In this document: piece after piece, positions 1-13,613 of the stretch
Numbering within the stretch: the stretch's first letter is position 1
How the letters are laid out: every line of letters starts with the position of its first letter
Assembly: GCF_038025025.1 (NCBI RefSeq)
Contig: NW_027117338.1
Coordinates: 2,232,001-2,296,000 of the forward strand
DNA: 64,000 nt
Direction: 5' to 3'
Origin: Phyllosticta citribraziliensis
Taxonomy: Eukaryota
Translations under genes and position numbers: made by a program
The notes under the pieces: model-generated
The model's input: the letters and a program-made list of their open reading frames with translations, nothing else
Told to the model about the DNA's origin: nothing
The model's database searches: none

Positions 1-1597
1 AGTAAGGGGGGTTGAAACAATGTACTTGTAGAGCAGGTTGATGTTGTCGCCCTCGGGGTTGGCTGGGTCGTCGTCGAAAGGCAGGTAGCCTGCCAACATG
101 GCGTACTACACAACGTTGTTAGCAGCAGTGGTGAGACATTGGAGGGCAGTGGATCTTACCAAGATGACGCCGCAACTCCACACGTCCACCTTGCGGCCGG
201 TGTAGAGCGAATCGCTGACAACGAGCTCCGGTGCAGCGTAACACGGGCTACCACAGCTGGTTTGCATCAAATCTCCGCGGCGATGTCCGCTGTCGCCAAC
301 CATGTCCAAGCCCATCTTTTTTACAAAGTCCTTGTTGCCCAGGTTGTATTCGATCTCGTCGCCCAAGTCGTCGTTGGGATCAAAGGTGTTGGCAAAGCCA
401 AAGTCGGTAATGATGATGTTTTTGTTGCGGTCAAGCAGGAGATTCTCCAGCTTCAAGTCGCGGTGCACGATGCCCTTTTTGTGCAAGTAGCCTACGCCGG
501 AAACCAGCTGTGCAAACAAGCGGCGGGCCGAGTTGTCCTTGAGGTACCGATGGTTCAGAATGTAGTCGAAGAGCTCGCCTCCAGAGGCGTATTCCAGGAT
601 GATGCCAATGTGGCGCTCCGTCTCCACCATTTCGTGCAATCGCACAATGTTTGGATGTTGCAGGCCGCGCAGAATCGAGATCTCGCGGTAAATCTTGGGC
701 AGTCGACTTGGATTTGAGCCGAGGACCTCTCTTCTTATCAGCTTGATGGCGACCTGGACGCCACCGTCCTTTTTCCAGCCCATCTTGACCTTGCCAAACT
801 CGCCCTCGCCAAGGGTTTGTCCCAAAATGTAGTCGCCAAACTTGGTCTCCCTCCTCGGCTTGTCTCGCGAATGGTCTTGCCGACTCTTCCCTCCGCCGCG
901 TCCGCCATCGTCGACACCTTCGCTGCCGACGAGGCCAAGGCCGGTGATGGGCGTTATGTCGGATCCGCCAGCTTGCGGGCGCGTTTCGACCATGCGAGCT
1001 TGTTCGCGAGCAAAGTCCTCGCTGGGATCGGCAATGACGAGACGATTGATGACTGTGCTATCCTCCCTGGGCAGGTTGGATCCCATTGGCGTGCTCCCGA
1101 CGGCCGTCGCTGAGCGACTGTGCGAGGGGCTGTTTTTGGAGGCGCCGGTGGGTTGGTATGTCGGTTCCTTGGACGACTGGTGGGAGCGGCGGCGATGCGC
1201 AGCGTTGGCTGCGGATTGGGCGGGATCGTCCCTCATGTGCTGCGGAGCGGCGCGAGACGAAGGTGGACGGCTTGAGGTCGTGTACGGGTCCTGAGGGGCG
1301 GCAGTAGCCTTGTGTGTGGAAGAGGTGCGAGGCGGAGGCACGGGACCGGCTTGAGGATTGTAAGCTGATGGTGTGGAAGCGGGCGACGCGTGGTTGGACG
1401 TAGGGCCTGGGTGTGCGCGAGGCGTGGTCGCATCGGAGGCGTTGGAGGTGGACGGCGAGTAATGGTGCGGTTGTTGCGGTGTGCACTCGCCATTCCCACT
1501 CGGTCGCCGCGAGGCTCTCCGCTGCTGGGAAGGCGAGCTGGTCTGGTGGGGGCCAGCGGCGGCGGCGGCGGCGGCGGCGGCGGACGACGAGGACGTC

Positions 1598-1629
<32 letters not shown>

Positions 1630-1731
1630 GTGGTGATAGTAATCGCGGGCGTGCGAGGAGGAGGATGGCTGCTGGTATTGGGTGCGACTGGAGATGGGCG
1701 GGCCAGACTGCTGCACGGCGGCCGAAGACAT
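1..1731 (-). CDS. KIN4: Kin4-like Ser/Thr protein kinase (CAMKL group), 3' end runs off the window start
   Basis: Kinase motifs [35 protein letters not shown] and [19 protein letters not shown] intron at 159-106 joins to [29 protein letters not shown], typical of Kin4-family kinases. First ATG at 1731; low-complexity N-terminus with poly-Q and poly-A. Confidence 0.9.
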
Positions 1732-4700
1732 TGTTGTGCCCTCGCTGGCAGGCGCCTGTCGCTCCTGGGCGGCGATCAGGGTTCGGTCCAGAGCGGTGAC
1801 GGGATCGGGGGGTTTGACGGCCAAGGTGGTTTGTTGATGGTGTGGTCGGGCGTGGGCGTGGGTCTGGGACTGGGACTGGGACGGGGACGGAGACGGGGAC
1901 CTGGGCTGGGCTGGGAGCGGAGGGGAGGGGAGCTGTCAGGTCGGTCGGGCGGCGGCGGCGGACGACAGGACAGGAAGTACAGGCAGAGCAGCAGGTCGGT
2001 AGGTAGGGTAGAGGTTCACATGTGGAGTGGAGAGGAGGGAATTGCGGTGGTCGTCTGTGTGGTGCCCGTCGGGGTGATTGGGCGTACGGCGGGCTCCCCT
2101 GGGCGACGTTGGATTTGGAGGGTGCTAGGACTGCAGGGGGGGAGGGTGCAGCAGAGCAGAGCAGAGCAGAGCGCAGCGCAGCGCAGGTCCGGGTGGTTGT
2201 TCGCAATGCGGAGGGTGCAGCTAAGGCGCGTCGGCGTCGCAGGGCGGCAGCTAGTTCGGGGAACCTCAGTGACGGCGACAGCGACAGCGACGGCGACAGC
2301 GACGGCGACAGAGCGACAGAGAAATGTTGATGTTGTTGCTGTCTCAGTTAATCTGGGCGACGCGGGAGACGAGCAAGGGAACGGCGGCTTCTGGCTTCTC
2401 CTGAAATTGATGGCTGGCCACCAGCACACAAACGCATCAAGCAATCTCGCCCATCCATGGATCGCCCTGGCAGCCCGCCCATTGGCGATCGCGATACATG
2501 GCATGGCCCTTTTGTTTTTTTTTTTTCTTTTTTCTTTTTTCTTTTTTCCTTTTCCTGTTCTGTTCCCTTGTCCGCTCGTCTCGTCGTCGTCGTCCGCCGG
2601 TGTTTCATTGGCGCAAGAGCTGCCCAATTGTCCCTTTCTTACCTCCAGCTCGACAGGCACACGGCGCCCACGTGCCGACGCTGTTTCACTCTCGCTGCCC
2701 AGCTCGTACGCTCCTTCTCACCCTCTCGAGTCTCGGCCTCCTCGTCCTGTCCTGGGCTGTCCTCTCGACGGGTCGTCCCGAGCATGCTCCCTCCCTCTGC
2801 ACCAATCGGCTCCTCCTCATCCGGCCACCGCCAAGACCCGACCATGCTCCAGCTTGGGTTCCGCTCACCACCTGCTCCCTCGTCGTCAATCGTCTCTACA
2901 ATTCGCCGTTTACGTCTCACCCCTACCGGAACTGGCCAGCCCATGCCCACTCTAATGTAAGCCCTTCCAGACCCTCGGCGCACTATCTCATCCTAGTGCG
3001 CTTCTGCCGCTCCCCCTTCTTTCCCCCTGTTCCGGTTTCAACTCTTTGCTCGTCTCTCGTCCGCTTACTTTGAAACTCTCGACTCTGACTCTTCCAAAAA
3101 TACCCTCAAGCTCGGCGCCTACCGCCACAGCTTCTGTCGCGACTCTTCAACACCCGTCCACCTCTGCCTGCAGCTTGAGCAATATCCGCCCAATGCTCCT
3201 GCGGCCTCAATCTGGATGACGGAGATTCAATCTGAGAATCCGCGGGCCCTCTTCTCGCTTCTTCGCGGCCCGCCCGTCTCGAACCGTCGTCTTGGACGTC
3301 ATGCCTCGGCGCTCCCGCTTATATCCGTCACAATTGCGCCTCCTCTCCTGGTTTATCCTACTCCTCTCCGAGTACCAGGTTTCCTTCTTCATGGCACATG
3401 GATGGCCCCTCTTACTACCAAGGCCATGCGAGATGCGCCTGACCCTAGTGCAATGCCTCTTTGGTCAAGACCAAGAAACCAACACCACGCGACCATTCTG
3501 CAACGACAATCGCACGGCTCTTCGACAGCTCAAGAAGCAACATTCCATGAGGTGCAGTTTCCCGCGCGACATGTCCTGGACTGAAGAATCGGGAGATAAT
3601 GGTCCATCACTGCGGCTGCGAGCAGCACAATCCACCCAGCAGTCCGCCTCCTCGACCAAATTCGGCAACTACCCCTTGACATGGGGACCTCTCCTTCAAA
3701 GCCCCAAGGGGTGACCCCGCGGTCCCTGACAGTAGTGACAACCTTATCAGCAGCCCTGCACCACCCAAGCCATCAGCAACCCCCACAAAGGCGCGTGTTA
3801 TCGTGCCCAATGGCGCTCCCCATGCTCCTCCCCTAAGCGCGCCGTAGTATCAACACCGGACCAGCCTACGTGGTGTGCACTGCGCTAGCAGCCAGTCAGC
3901 CAACCGCCGTCAGCCAAAAGGTCAGGGGACCGCCGTCTTCCCACGACCATCCTCAGCAGCCAACGTCGACATGACCAACGGCGATTACCTAACGCGTGCT
4001 CGCGCGGAGCGAATCAGGCAACTGGATTGCCGCCGCTGGCCGTGAGCCTTCCCCGTTGCTCGCCCGATGCGGTAACGGGCTAGCTCTCGACACATCTGGC
4101 CCGCCCGCTTGCTCAACTCACGTGTGGCCTTTGACTTTTGGCTGCTTAACCCTATTTCAATATAACCCACACACCACGTCACTCGTCCTAGCCGTCACCA
4201 CGCGTGCTGGACAAGCCCGGCCAAGAAGACTGACCGCTCCCCGTCCGAGTCCTCCGGCCTTTCCGGGGCACGAGAGTGGAATGAATTCCGCGCGCGCGGC
4301 TTTGGTCGCCTTCTCAGCGCGATATTCGCTTGGCCGTCTACAACGTCTGTAAAACGACGACACGTGGCATGGAGACGATGATCTTTTTTTTTTTTTTTTT
4401 TTCTTTTCTTCAGCTCAAGACGAGTCAGGGGGTCTTGTGTCCTTGACCACAAGCCTATACTGCTCAATGGTACCGTCGTCTCCGTCATGACGGGTCAGGG
4501 CTTGCCCTGCGTGACATTTCTCTACTTCTGCCCTTCGTGTGATTGTCAACCAGCAGGATTGAGTGGAGCCCCGGTTTCGACTCTCCACTGCCATTGCTGT
4601 CGTTGTTGTACTCCTACATGTGGCTTTGGTACATACAGTCAAGGTAATTCACGGTCGTAGGTGTATGCGCTCACTCCAATCTCAATCCCCAACGTCAACT

Positions 4701-4992
4701 TTGCTTTGGCAGAGATGTGGAGGTTGTCGAGTCTTACCGTCTGCACCTCTGCCTCTCCCCTTCATGCGTGTGGCAAAGGATTAGCACTTGAAGAGAGGAC
4801 TAACACAACGGACCTGCCAAAATTGCTGATAAACGAAGCGGGTTAAGACGACGAAGCAAGTCTCTCATTCAGTGAGTGGTGTTGTACCAGAACAGGTGAG
4901 TCACCAGAACGATACTGGAGGTTTCTTTTAAACTTTTTTCGTAATTTTCTTTTCTATCATCTACGGAATGGACTGCAGAAATCAACGCATTC

Positions 4993-5151
4993 TATCAGCT
5001 CTGTTCAGACCATACCGCGCCCCGACAGCTAGCGGATGGAAGGACAGAGTGATAGAAAGGTGTAGAGGGAAAGCAGACGCGACTATTAGTATCAGCTCTG
5101 TTCAAACCATACCGCGCCCCGACAGCGAGGGAATGGAAGGACAGAGTGATA
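4993..5151. repeat. Direct repeat, two ~62-bp copies at a 97-bp period
   Basis: TATCAGCTCTGTTCA(G/A)ACCATACCGCGCCCCGACAGC..ATGGAAGGACAGAGTGATA occurs at 4993-5054 and 5090-5151. Confidence 0.9.
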
Positions 5152-5593
5152 AACCATACGAGCGACAAGAATGAGCTTTTTCCACCCAACTCAACGCCAC
5201 CCTCTCCATGGGGGTTTTTGGTAACGAAGGGGGAAGAAAAAATGAAACCAAGAAAGAACTTTTGCCTGAGACCCAGCGACGCCATAAAGTCCAGAGCCGA
5301 CGGAGCAGAGTTGTTTCATTTCCTGAAAACCAAAACGAGATAAACGATTGAGGAACCAACGGAAAGACAGTCGACGGCAAACAGAGTCGGTTGTTGGGGG
5401 GGAATTTGGGGAAAAGTGATGTCCGTAAGGGTGGGGAGGAGATTTGCAAACGTGCATGCAGCCCAAAGAGTAGCCTAGAGCAGCCTATGCGGCTCCAGAA
5501 GGAATAATCCATGAAGTAACAATGGTTGCGAGAATGTCGGATTAAGCCAGTCGTCGGTAGTGACGGTTGGAGGTGGATGCTGCAGTGTTCCGT

Positions 5594-7024
5594 TCAGGGG
5601 CAACCAACAGGGCCGTCTGTCTCTATGGACTGCTGTATCGGAAGTTCTTCGTCTTCGGGCTCTTCCGCACCTCTAACTCGTTCCAGTGCCTGCATCGCGT
5701 GATCCGAATGCATCAGTCTGACAGGCGCCGACTGGGAACAGGGATCGCAGACAGCTCCTTCGGCAAGGAGTTGTCGCTGTGACTTTTTGGTGATGCCCAG
5801 GGCGGCAAGATTGGACGGCAGACCGAGATAGTTGAACAGGGCGCGCAGCATGTTGGCGATGTTGGTGGTGTTCTGCTTGAAGCCTCTGTGCTGGAAGAAT
5901 TCTCTGCTCGTGCGCGGCTCCCACAGCGCCGCAGCCATGCCGCGGTACTGATCGGCCATCTTTTGGATTGCGCCCAGAGACGGTTGGCAGCGGATCTTAA
6001 CCACGTTGAATTCGAGGACAGAAGGGAGTACCACGGCCGCCATGAGGCCAGGCTCGGTGACGAAAAGCCGATGCCCTGCGTTGCAGAAGGCGTGCGAGGC
6101 GCCCCAAGAGACTTGAGGTCGGGATGCCAGTGGAGCCATTGCTATGTTTGCGCCGCGCAGAGTAGCGTGTCGCGCCTCGACATGCTGAGGGGATCTTTTG
6201 GTAGCGAGCAGCCCGGCACATAGAAGTTTCAACGCGTCGGTGAGTTGGCGCACCACATGTGGGCTTGCGTTGATCGAGAGGATGCCTTCGACGGCGTGAT
6301 TGATGGCCTCGGCTCCCTTCGTGTTCCAATCCCCGAGCGGTGTCGACATTGTCGCTTCTCCATCCAGAATGACGATCTTGGGATAATTGAGGGTTCGCAC
6401 CAGCGTACAACATCTCCGCATTGCTTCATTGAATCCGAAGGCCCGTTGGGTAAAAGCGGCGCCGCCGCAAGTCGTGGGGATACAGAAAAAGTCCAACTGC
6501 GGTCGATGTGGCTCCTCTTCACGGTCGAGCAGCCGGCCCCTGCTATTCTCAATCTCCGTAGGTGTCGGTTGAAGCAAGATCTCCAAGAGCTTTTCCTCAT
6601 CTGCGATGAGGCTGCTGTGAGCGTACAAGACTACCTTTGCCAGATCGATAATGAGGTCGCTTCCAACGGCAATCAAAGCGTCAGCGGCAAACTCACGCAT
6701 TTGCCGGACGATGTGGATGACCTCGTGCCAGCCACCTGTGCCCATCGCATACCAGGTCGAATGCAGGAACGGGCCAAGGGCTTCGTGCACTTTTGTCACG
6801 ACAGGAGGGATTTCGAGAGGTCCGGGCGCCATGGGAATTTCAGTCAGAATGAAGATTCTTTCTCGTCCGCGCCCCAGGAGAACATGGTGCACCAAAAGCT
6901 GGTCAAAGGGGAGGCCATCGGAGACAGTGGGCTGGCCTTGGACACGGAGGTGAGGAAAGGCCAGTCGCCTGGCTTCCTGCCTGTCGTTCTCGGCCAGACA
7001 GAGACCGATCATCTTTTCGGCCAT
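5594..7024 (-). CDS. Iron-containing alcohol dehydrogenase / maleylacetate reductase-family protein, highly diverged
   Basis: 476-aa open frame with family remnants GLPF, LIAVGSDLIIDLAK (the GGGSxxD region), IPTT, P..VILD, AINHAVE, GASH and LGLPSNL..LGI. A possible extra 5' exon lies at 7145-7050 (GTAGGA donor). Confidence 0.75.
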   Translation of the reverse strand: MAEKMIGLCLAENDRQEARRLAFPHLRVQGQPTVSDGLPFDQLLVHHVLLGRGRERIFILTEIPMAPGPLEIPPVVTKVHEALGPFLHSTWYAMGTGGWHEVIHIVRQMREFAADALIAVGSDLIIDLAKVVLYAHSSLIADEEKLLEILLQPTPTEIENSRGRLLDREEEPHRPQLDFFCIPTTCGGAAFTQRAFGFNEAMRRCCTLVRTLNYPKIVILDGEATMSTPLGDWNTKGAEAINHAVEGILSINASPHVVRQLTDALKLLCAGLLATKRSPQHVEARHATLRGANIAMAPLASRPQVSWGASHAFCNAGHRLFVTEPGLMAAVVLPSVLEFNVVKIRCQPSLGAIQKMADQYRGMAAALWEPRTSREFFQHRGFKQNTTNIANMLRALFNYLGLPSNLAALGITKKSQRQLLAEGAVCDPCSQSAPVRLMHSDHAMQALERVRGAEEPEDEELPIQQSIETDGPVGCP

Positions 7025-7313
7025 CGAGGAAAGGTTGACGATTTCCTACCTTAGGTATGGTTGACGTATAATAGCTGGTGTCCGAGGACGAAGCCTGGAT
7101 GTGGAGTTGCTTGGTTGTCGATATTTCCAATTCTTCAGCGACCATGGTTTAGAAGAAGAGAAGGAAGAAAGCAGTCAGGATGTGCGGGCGATGCTGCTTT
7201 TTGAACGCCCCTCCCTCGTTGGTACTGGTCTTGTGACTTCATCACTGCTTCGGTTCGCTCAACAACCTTAACCTTGGGCCGGTGAATCCAGGGCAACAGA
7301 TTTCCTTATGGTA

Positions 7314-9244
<1,931 letters not shown>

Positions 9245-9425
9245 TCAAGTGCCGTGCGTCACTCGACCCGACGCGACCCAGAAAGGCATCAACACCATTC
9301 ACTCCCGTATGCGTCTCTCTAAACCTAACATCCTCAATCATCTGCAGCCTCGTGTCGTGTGTCTCCCTCTTCATGTTTATCCAGAGCACACGCCCGCGCC
9401 GTCAGCTCAATCCCCATAATCCACC

Positions 9426-10126
9426 ATGACAAGCACTCACAGCTGGCTCTCCGACTACACCTCCGCGCTGACAGCGCGCGACCGGCGCGAGAAGAGCCAG
9501 GAAGCCTACATACTTGCCTGTCCGTTCTCTTCCACTTCTGTCACGTTTACAGGCGTTGACATTTTCTAGATACCAAAATCGCCGACCGAACAGCCAGGCT
9601 TGAAGCAGAGCGTCTCAAGAGCCCCCCTCCCTCCACCTCCGCCCAATCCAGCGCTACACCATCCAACAAACCTCACAAGCCCAGCCCTTCACGATTCGGC
9701 CGCTCCAGTCCCGCCAGCGCCGCTACCGAAGATGCTTCGCCGACCGACGCTGTAGCTCGGCTACGCGCTGACCTCGCTACGACCCAGACGTCGCGGGCGC
9801 AGCTGCAGACGCAAGTGTCGACGTTGACGACGGAGCTGGCGAGCGTGCGCGGCAAGTACACGCAAAATACGAAGCGCGTCGAGGAGCTGCAGCGCGAGAA
9901 GGCGGTGCTGGAGCGCAAGCTACGGGACCGCGAGGGCGAGCTGCGGGGCAAGAACCGGCTGGTTCAGGAGGTGCAGGATGAGCTGGTCAGCTTGAATCTG
10001 CAGTTCAACATGGCGGAGCAAAAGGCAGACGAGCTGGGCAGGGAGAATCAGGAGTTGGTCGAGCGGTGGGTCAAATACAAGGAGAAAGAGGCAGAGAGGA
10101 TGAATGACTTGAGCAAATGGGAATGA
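9426..10126 (+). CDS. ATG16: Autophagy protein Atg16 (coiled coil)
   Basis: Exon 1 9426-9519 (MTSTHSWLSDYTSALTARDRREK..), intron 9520-9569, exon 2 YTKIADRT..coiled coil..VQDELVSLNLQFNMAE..ENQELVERW..EAERMN, matching the fungal Atg16 pattern. Confidence 0.88.
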
Positions 10127-10558
10127 GGTCTAGCCGCCCAACTAGAGTGATGTGCAGCTTTTGGGGTGTGTGCTCTTCAACTGACATTGCAAAGACATTC
10201 GAGTGCTCATTCAAAGGCTCGGTAATGCATCATGAGAAGGAGCCCATTAATCTAAGCATTGACTTTTGATCTATGTGGGAAATGTGCAGGTCCATGCACC
10301 TGATCTTGGTATACACAAGGCGAGTGCACAAACGCCTCAATGTGAATGAGAGGAGTGTCTCATGATGCCTTCCTCGTCGCCGCCGAACCACGCAAACCCT
10401 CTGTCCAAACCAAACCGACCCATAACAATGAGTGGTCTAGCCTCTAGCCACTGTAGCCTCCAACGCCGTCCCATGCAAGAGGATGCTACTCTTCATCGCC
10501 AGATTTCGCATCCCTTTTCCCCTGTGACTCCTCTTCTCCCCAAGCAAATCTTCACAAA

Positions 10559-12108
10559 TTACTGCGTTTGGCACTGGACACCCTCGGGCATCTCGTCGTC
10601 ATCGTCTTCCCAAGCACCTTCACCCCTAGGATCGTCCGAGTGGGCGCCGAATTCCTCGATGTCAGCGTCAAACTCAACGTCGACCTCTTCGACCTCATTC
10701 GCTTGAATCTCTGGCTTGGGTCCTGGGAGCACATTGCGGATACCCTGGACGACAGTCTCATCCCTGATCCAGCCATCCTCGGGAAACTCGATGTCGACAG
10801 TGAGGAACAAGTCGCCCCTGTCGTCGGTCCTCTTGATCGGCATACCCTCTCCAGGGACCTTGAGCACTTGGCCAGGGCGCAGGACCTTGCCGCGAGGCTG
10901 CTTGACGTTCAACGAAATACCACGGCCGTCGAGATGGGTCAGAACGACGCGGTTGAAACCAGTCAGCGCCTCTGCCAGGGTGATGTGAAGCTCGGCTTGA
11001 AGATCGGCGCCCGCGCGACGGAATACTGGGTGGTCCTTTTCGACGATTTCGAAAATGATGTCGCCGGGCTCCTGGTCTGGCGATTGGTCGGCTTCGCCCG
11101 CGAGGACAATCTTCTCGCCTTCGCGTGCGCCGCGAGGGACGTAGAGTTCGAGAATCTTCCTCTTTTCGACAACGCGCTTGCCCTTGCACTTTTTGCACTT
11201 TTCCTTGTCTTTGTAGACCTTTCCGAAACCGTCACAGTTGCCGCAGGTGGTGACACTTGGGATGAGGAGTCCGCCGCCCATGTGAACCGTTTGCTTCTGA
11301 CCTAGAAGACAATGAGCGCCAGCCAGGAATCTGGAAGAACCGGTACAAACCTTTACCGCCGCAGATGCTGCAGTCGTGCGGCTTGCACTTGTCCTTTCCT
11401 CCGCTTCCATTGCAAGTCTCGCAAATCACGTTTTTCGTGCTCGCGAACCGCGTGGTCTTGCCCTTGTACAGCTCCTCGAGCGTAACCTCGTACTCTTGTT
11501 CCTCATTTTTGCCTTTTCTGGGGCGCTTCGGCGGTCCTCCCATGCCTCCCATGCCGGGCATGCCGCCCATTCCGCCCATACCTCCGCCAAACATTTGTGC
11601 CAAAATGTCGTCCAAGTCAGGTCCGGCGCCTCCACCGGCACCTGAGCTGGGGTCGAAGGCGGCCATGCCGTGTGTGTCGTATAAATGGCGCTTTTCATCA
11701 TCGTAGAGGATTTCATATGCCTGAGAAACGGCTTTGAAGCGAATTTCGGCTTCTTCACGCTCGGATTCGGGGACTTTGTCGGGGTGGGAGGAGAGAGCAG
11801 CCTAAGTCGGGAAAGCGTCAGAAGGGCATTTTGGGATGGCGCTTTCAAAAGATTTTTATGATCTGGAGCGAAGGCGCAATTGTGATGCTTCGTACCTTGT
11901 GATAGGCTTTCTTGACCTCTGCCGGGGAGGCTTCTTGCGAGATACCAAGGACCTCTTTGAATGTTAGCGATCCACCTTGGCGCGTAGTAAAGGTTTTGCT
12001 GTGAAATTACCGTAGAGGTCGATGTCGCCAGAGTCGCTCACTGCGCAAGGTTAGCTCATGCATCAGGTAGCTGCGCACAGCGTGCGCAGAAAGGCATTCA
12101 ATCTCACT
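10559..12108 (-). CDS. Type I DnaJ/Hsp40 co-chaperone (Xdj1/Mas5-like) with C-terminal CaaX
   Basis: J domain (DLYEVLGI..KKAYHK AALSSHPDK), G/M-rich linker, four CxxCxGxG-type zinc repeats, DnaJ C domain, ends CQTQ. Exons 12108 (1 coding nt), 12040-12011, 11954-11896, 11801-11351, 11301-10559. Confidence 0.92.
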
Positions 12109-12669
12109 TTTTTGTGGCGGGGATCTGGAGAAAATTGAGGTGTGTTGACGTCAAGGCAGCGCGGGCGGATTGTAGAAGGGAGCGGCGGGGCAGGGAACGC
12201 GACGGCAGGTCGGAAGGGTAGGCGAGAGCTTGTTTGGTATGTACAGATGTCGGAGAAAGAAATCAACAGTGTTTATGGAAAAGGCTCAAGCGCGTTATCG
12301 ATTTGCAACTGAGCCGGACGGCATCTGAATGATGCAGCTTCCGGCACCATTTCTCCGACCACCGAGGAGTCATGCTGGCTGCTTACCTTGCCGTGCCTAG
12401 CTTCCATGCAGAACCATGCTCCTTTTTCCCTGGGCGATGACAGACTATCTAGGGACCTCTTCCACGCGGTGCTCATGACAGGAGAAGATCATCGTGGCTC
12501 CAGTGAATCTATAAAGACATGAGAGAAAATGGTTGGCCAAAATAGGCAGTTCCTAAATGGAAGACGGGCGTTTTGCAGCCGAACTTCAGCCGGTTTCCTA
12601 CGACCAAACCACCAAACTTACGACCACGCGCTCAACATCCGCCCACCCTCCAGGTCACGCTAAGCAGCC

Positions 12670-13613
12670 ATGGCAAGCAAAAGAGCAGCAGGCTCTGTAA
12701 TGGGTTTGGCGGGCTCCACAACCCGCAATGGCCTGTCCCACTTCCCCGTCACTGTGAGTTGGAGACCACCCCACAACCTCGAGACTTTCCGCAACAGCAC
12801 CAGCTAATCGCCAATCCGCAGTCCACACCCTCGATAACACGATCAATTGCCACCGAGACTACGCTGTCAGACGTTCCTCTCGCCAATCCCAACCTCATTA
12901 CCCTCCCGATTCCCGCGCATCTGCGCGCGCCCAATGCCTACGTCACCCTCTACCGCTTCCCGACCATGGAGCCCAAGCAATTCATGGCCTACCCGTCCTC
13001 GCACCTGCTCGTTCCTCTGCGCAAGGACATTCTGCACCGAGCCATCGTCTACGAGGGCGACAAGACGCGGCAAGGTACGGCCAACACCAAGTGGCGCGAC
13101 GAGATCAACGGCAGCGGAAGGAAACTGCGCCCGCAAAAAGGCACCGGCTCCGCGCGTCTGGGCGACCGTGGCAGCCCTATGCTCAAGGGCGGTGGTGTCG
13201 CCTTTGGTCCCAAGCCGCGCGACTTTGCGACGGGACTGAACAGGAAGGTTTACGACTTGGCCTGGCGCATGGCCTTGTCGTATCGCTACCGCCGCGGCGA
13301 GCTGATTGTCGTCGAGGACAATGCCGAGCTGAGCAGCAACAACCCAAACTTTGTGCGCGAGGTATTTGGGCAGAACAAGTGGGGCAATGCCGATGGCAGG
13401 AGTATGGTCGTCACGACCAAGAGGCGGCCGAGGCTCTTTGACGCCCTGGGTGTGGCAGGCGAGACGGGTCGCGCTAAGCTTTGGGACGACGTTGATGTCA
13501 AGAACGTGCTGAGTCTGGGCAGGTTAATCTTTGAGAAGAGCGCGTTGGACAAGATACTGGAGGAGCACCAGTCGGATATCCGTCCGCCGGGGTCAAGGCC
13601 CTCCGCGGCATAG
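12670..13613 (+). CDS. YML6: Mitochondrial 54S ribosomal protein uL4m (YmL6)
   Basis: L4 motifs DILHRAIVYEGD..RQGTANTKWR..GSGRKLRPQKGTGSARLG..SPML.GGG..FGPKPRD. Exon 1 12670-12753, intron GTGAGT..CAG 12754-12821, exon 2 12822-13613. Confidence 0.93.

Noticed and set aside
1058..2955. Long ORFs 1390-2955 (+, 521 aa) and 1058-2206 (-, 382 aa)
   Set aside because: They overlap KIN4 and its GC-rich, simple-repeat leader; translations are low-complexity runs from microsatellites in stop-poor sequence.
4993..5151. Repeat-spacer-repeat arrangement resembling a CRISPR unit
   Set aside because: Only two 62-bp copies, eukaryotic context and no cas genes.
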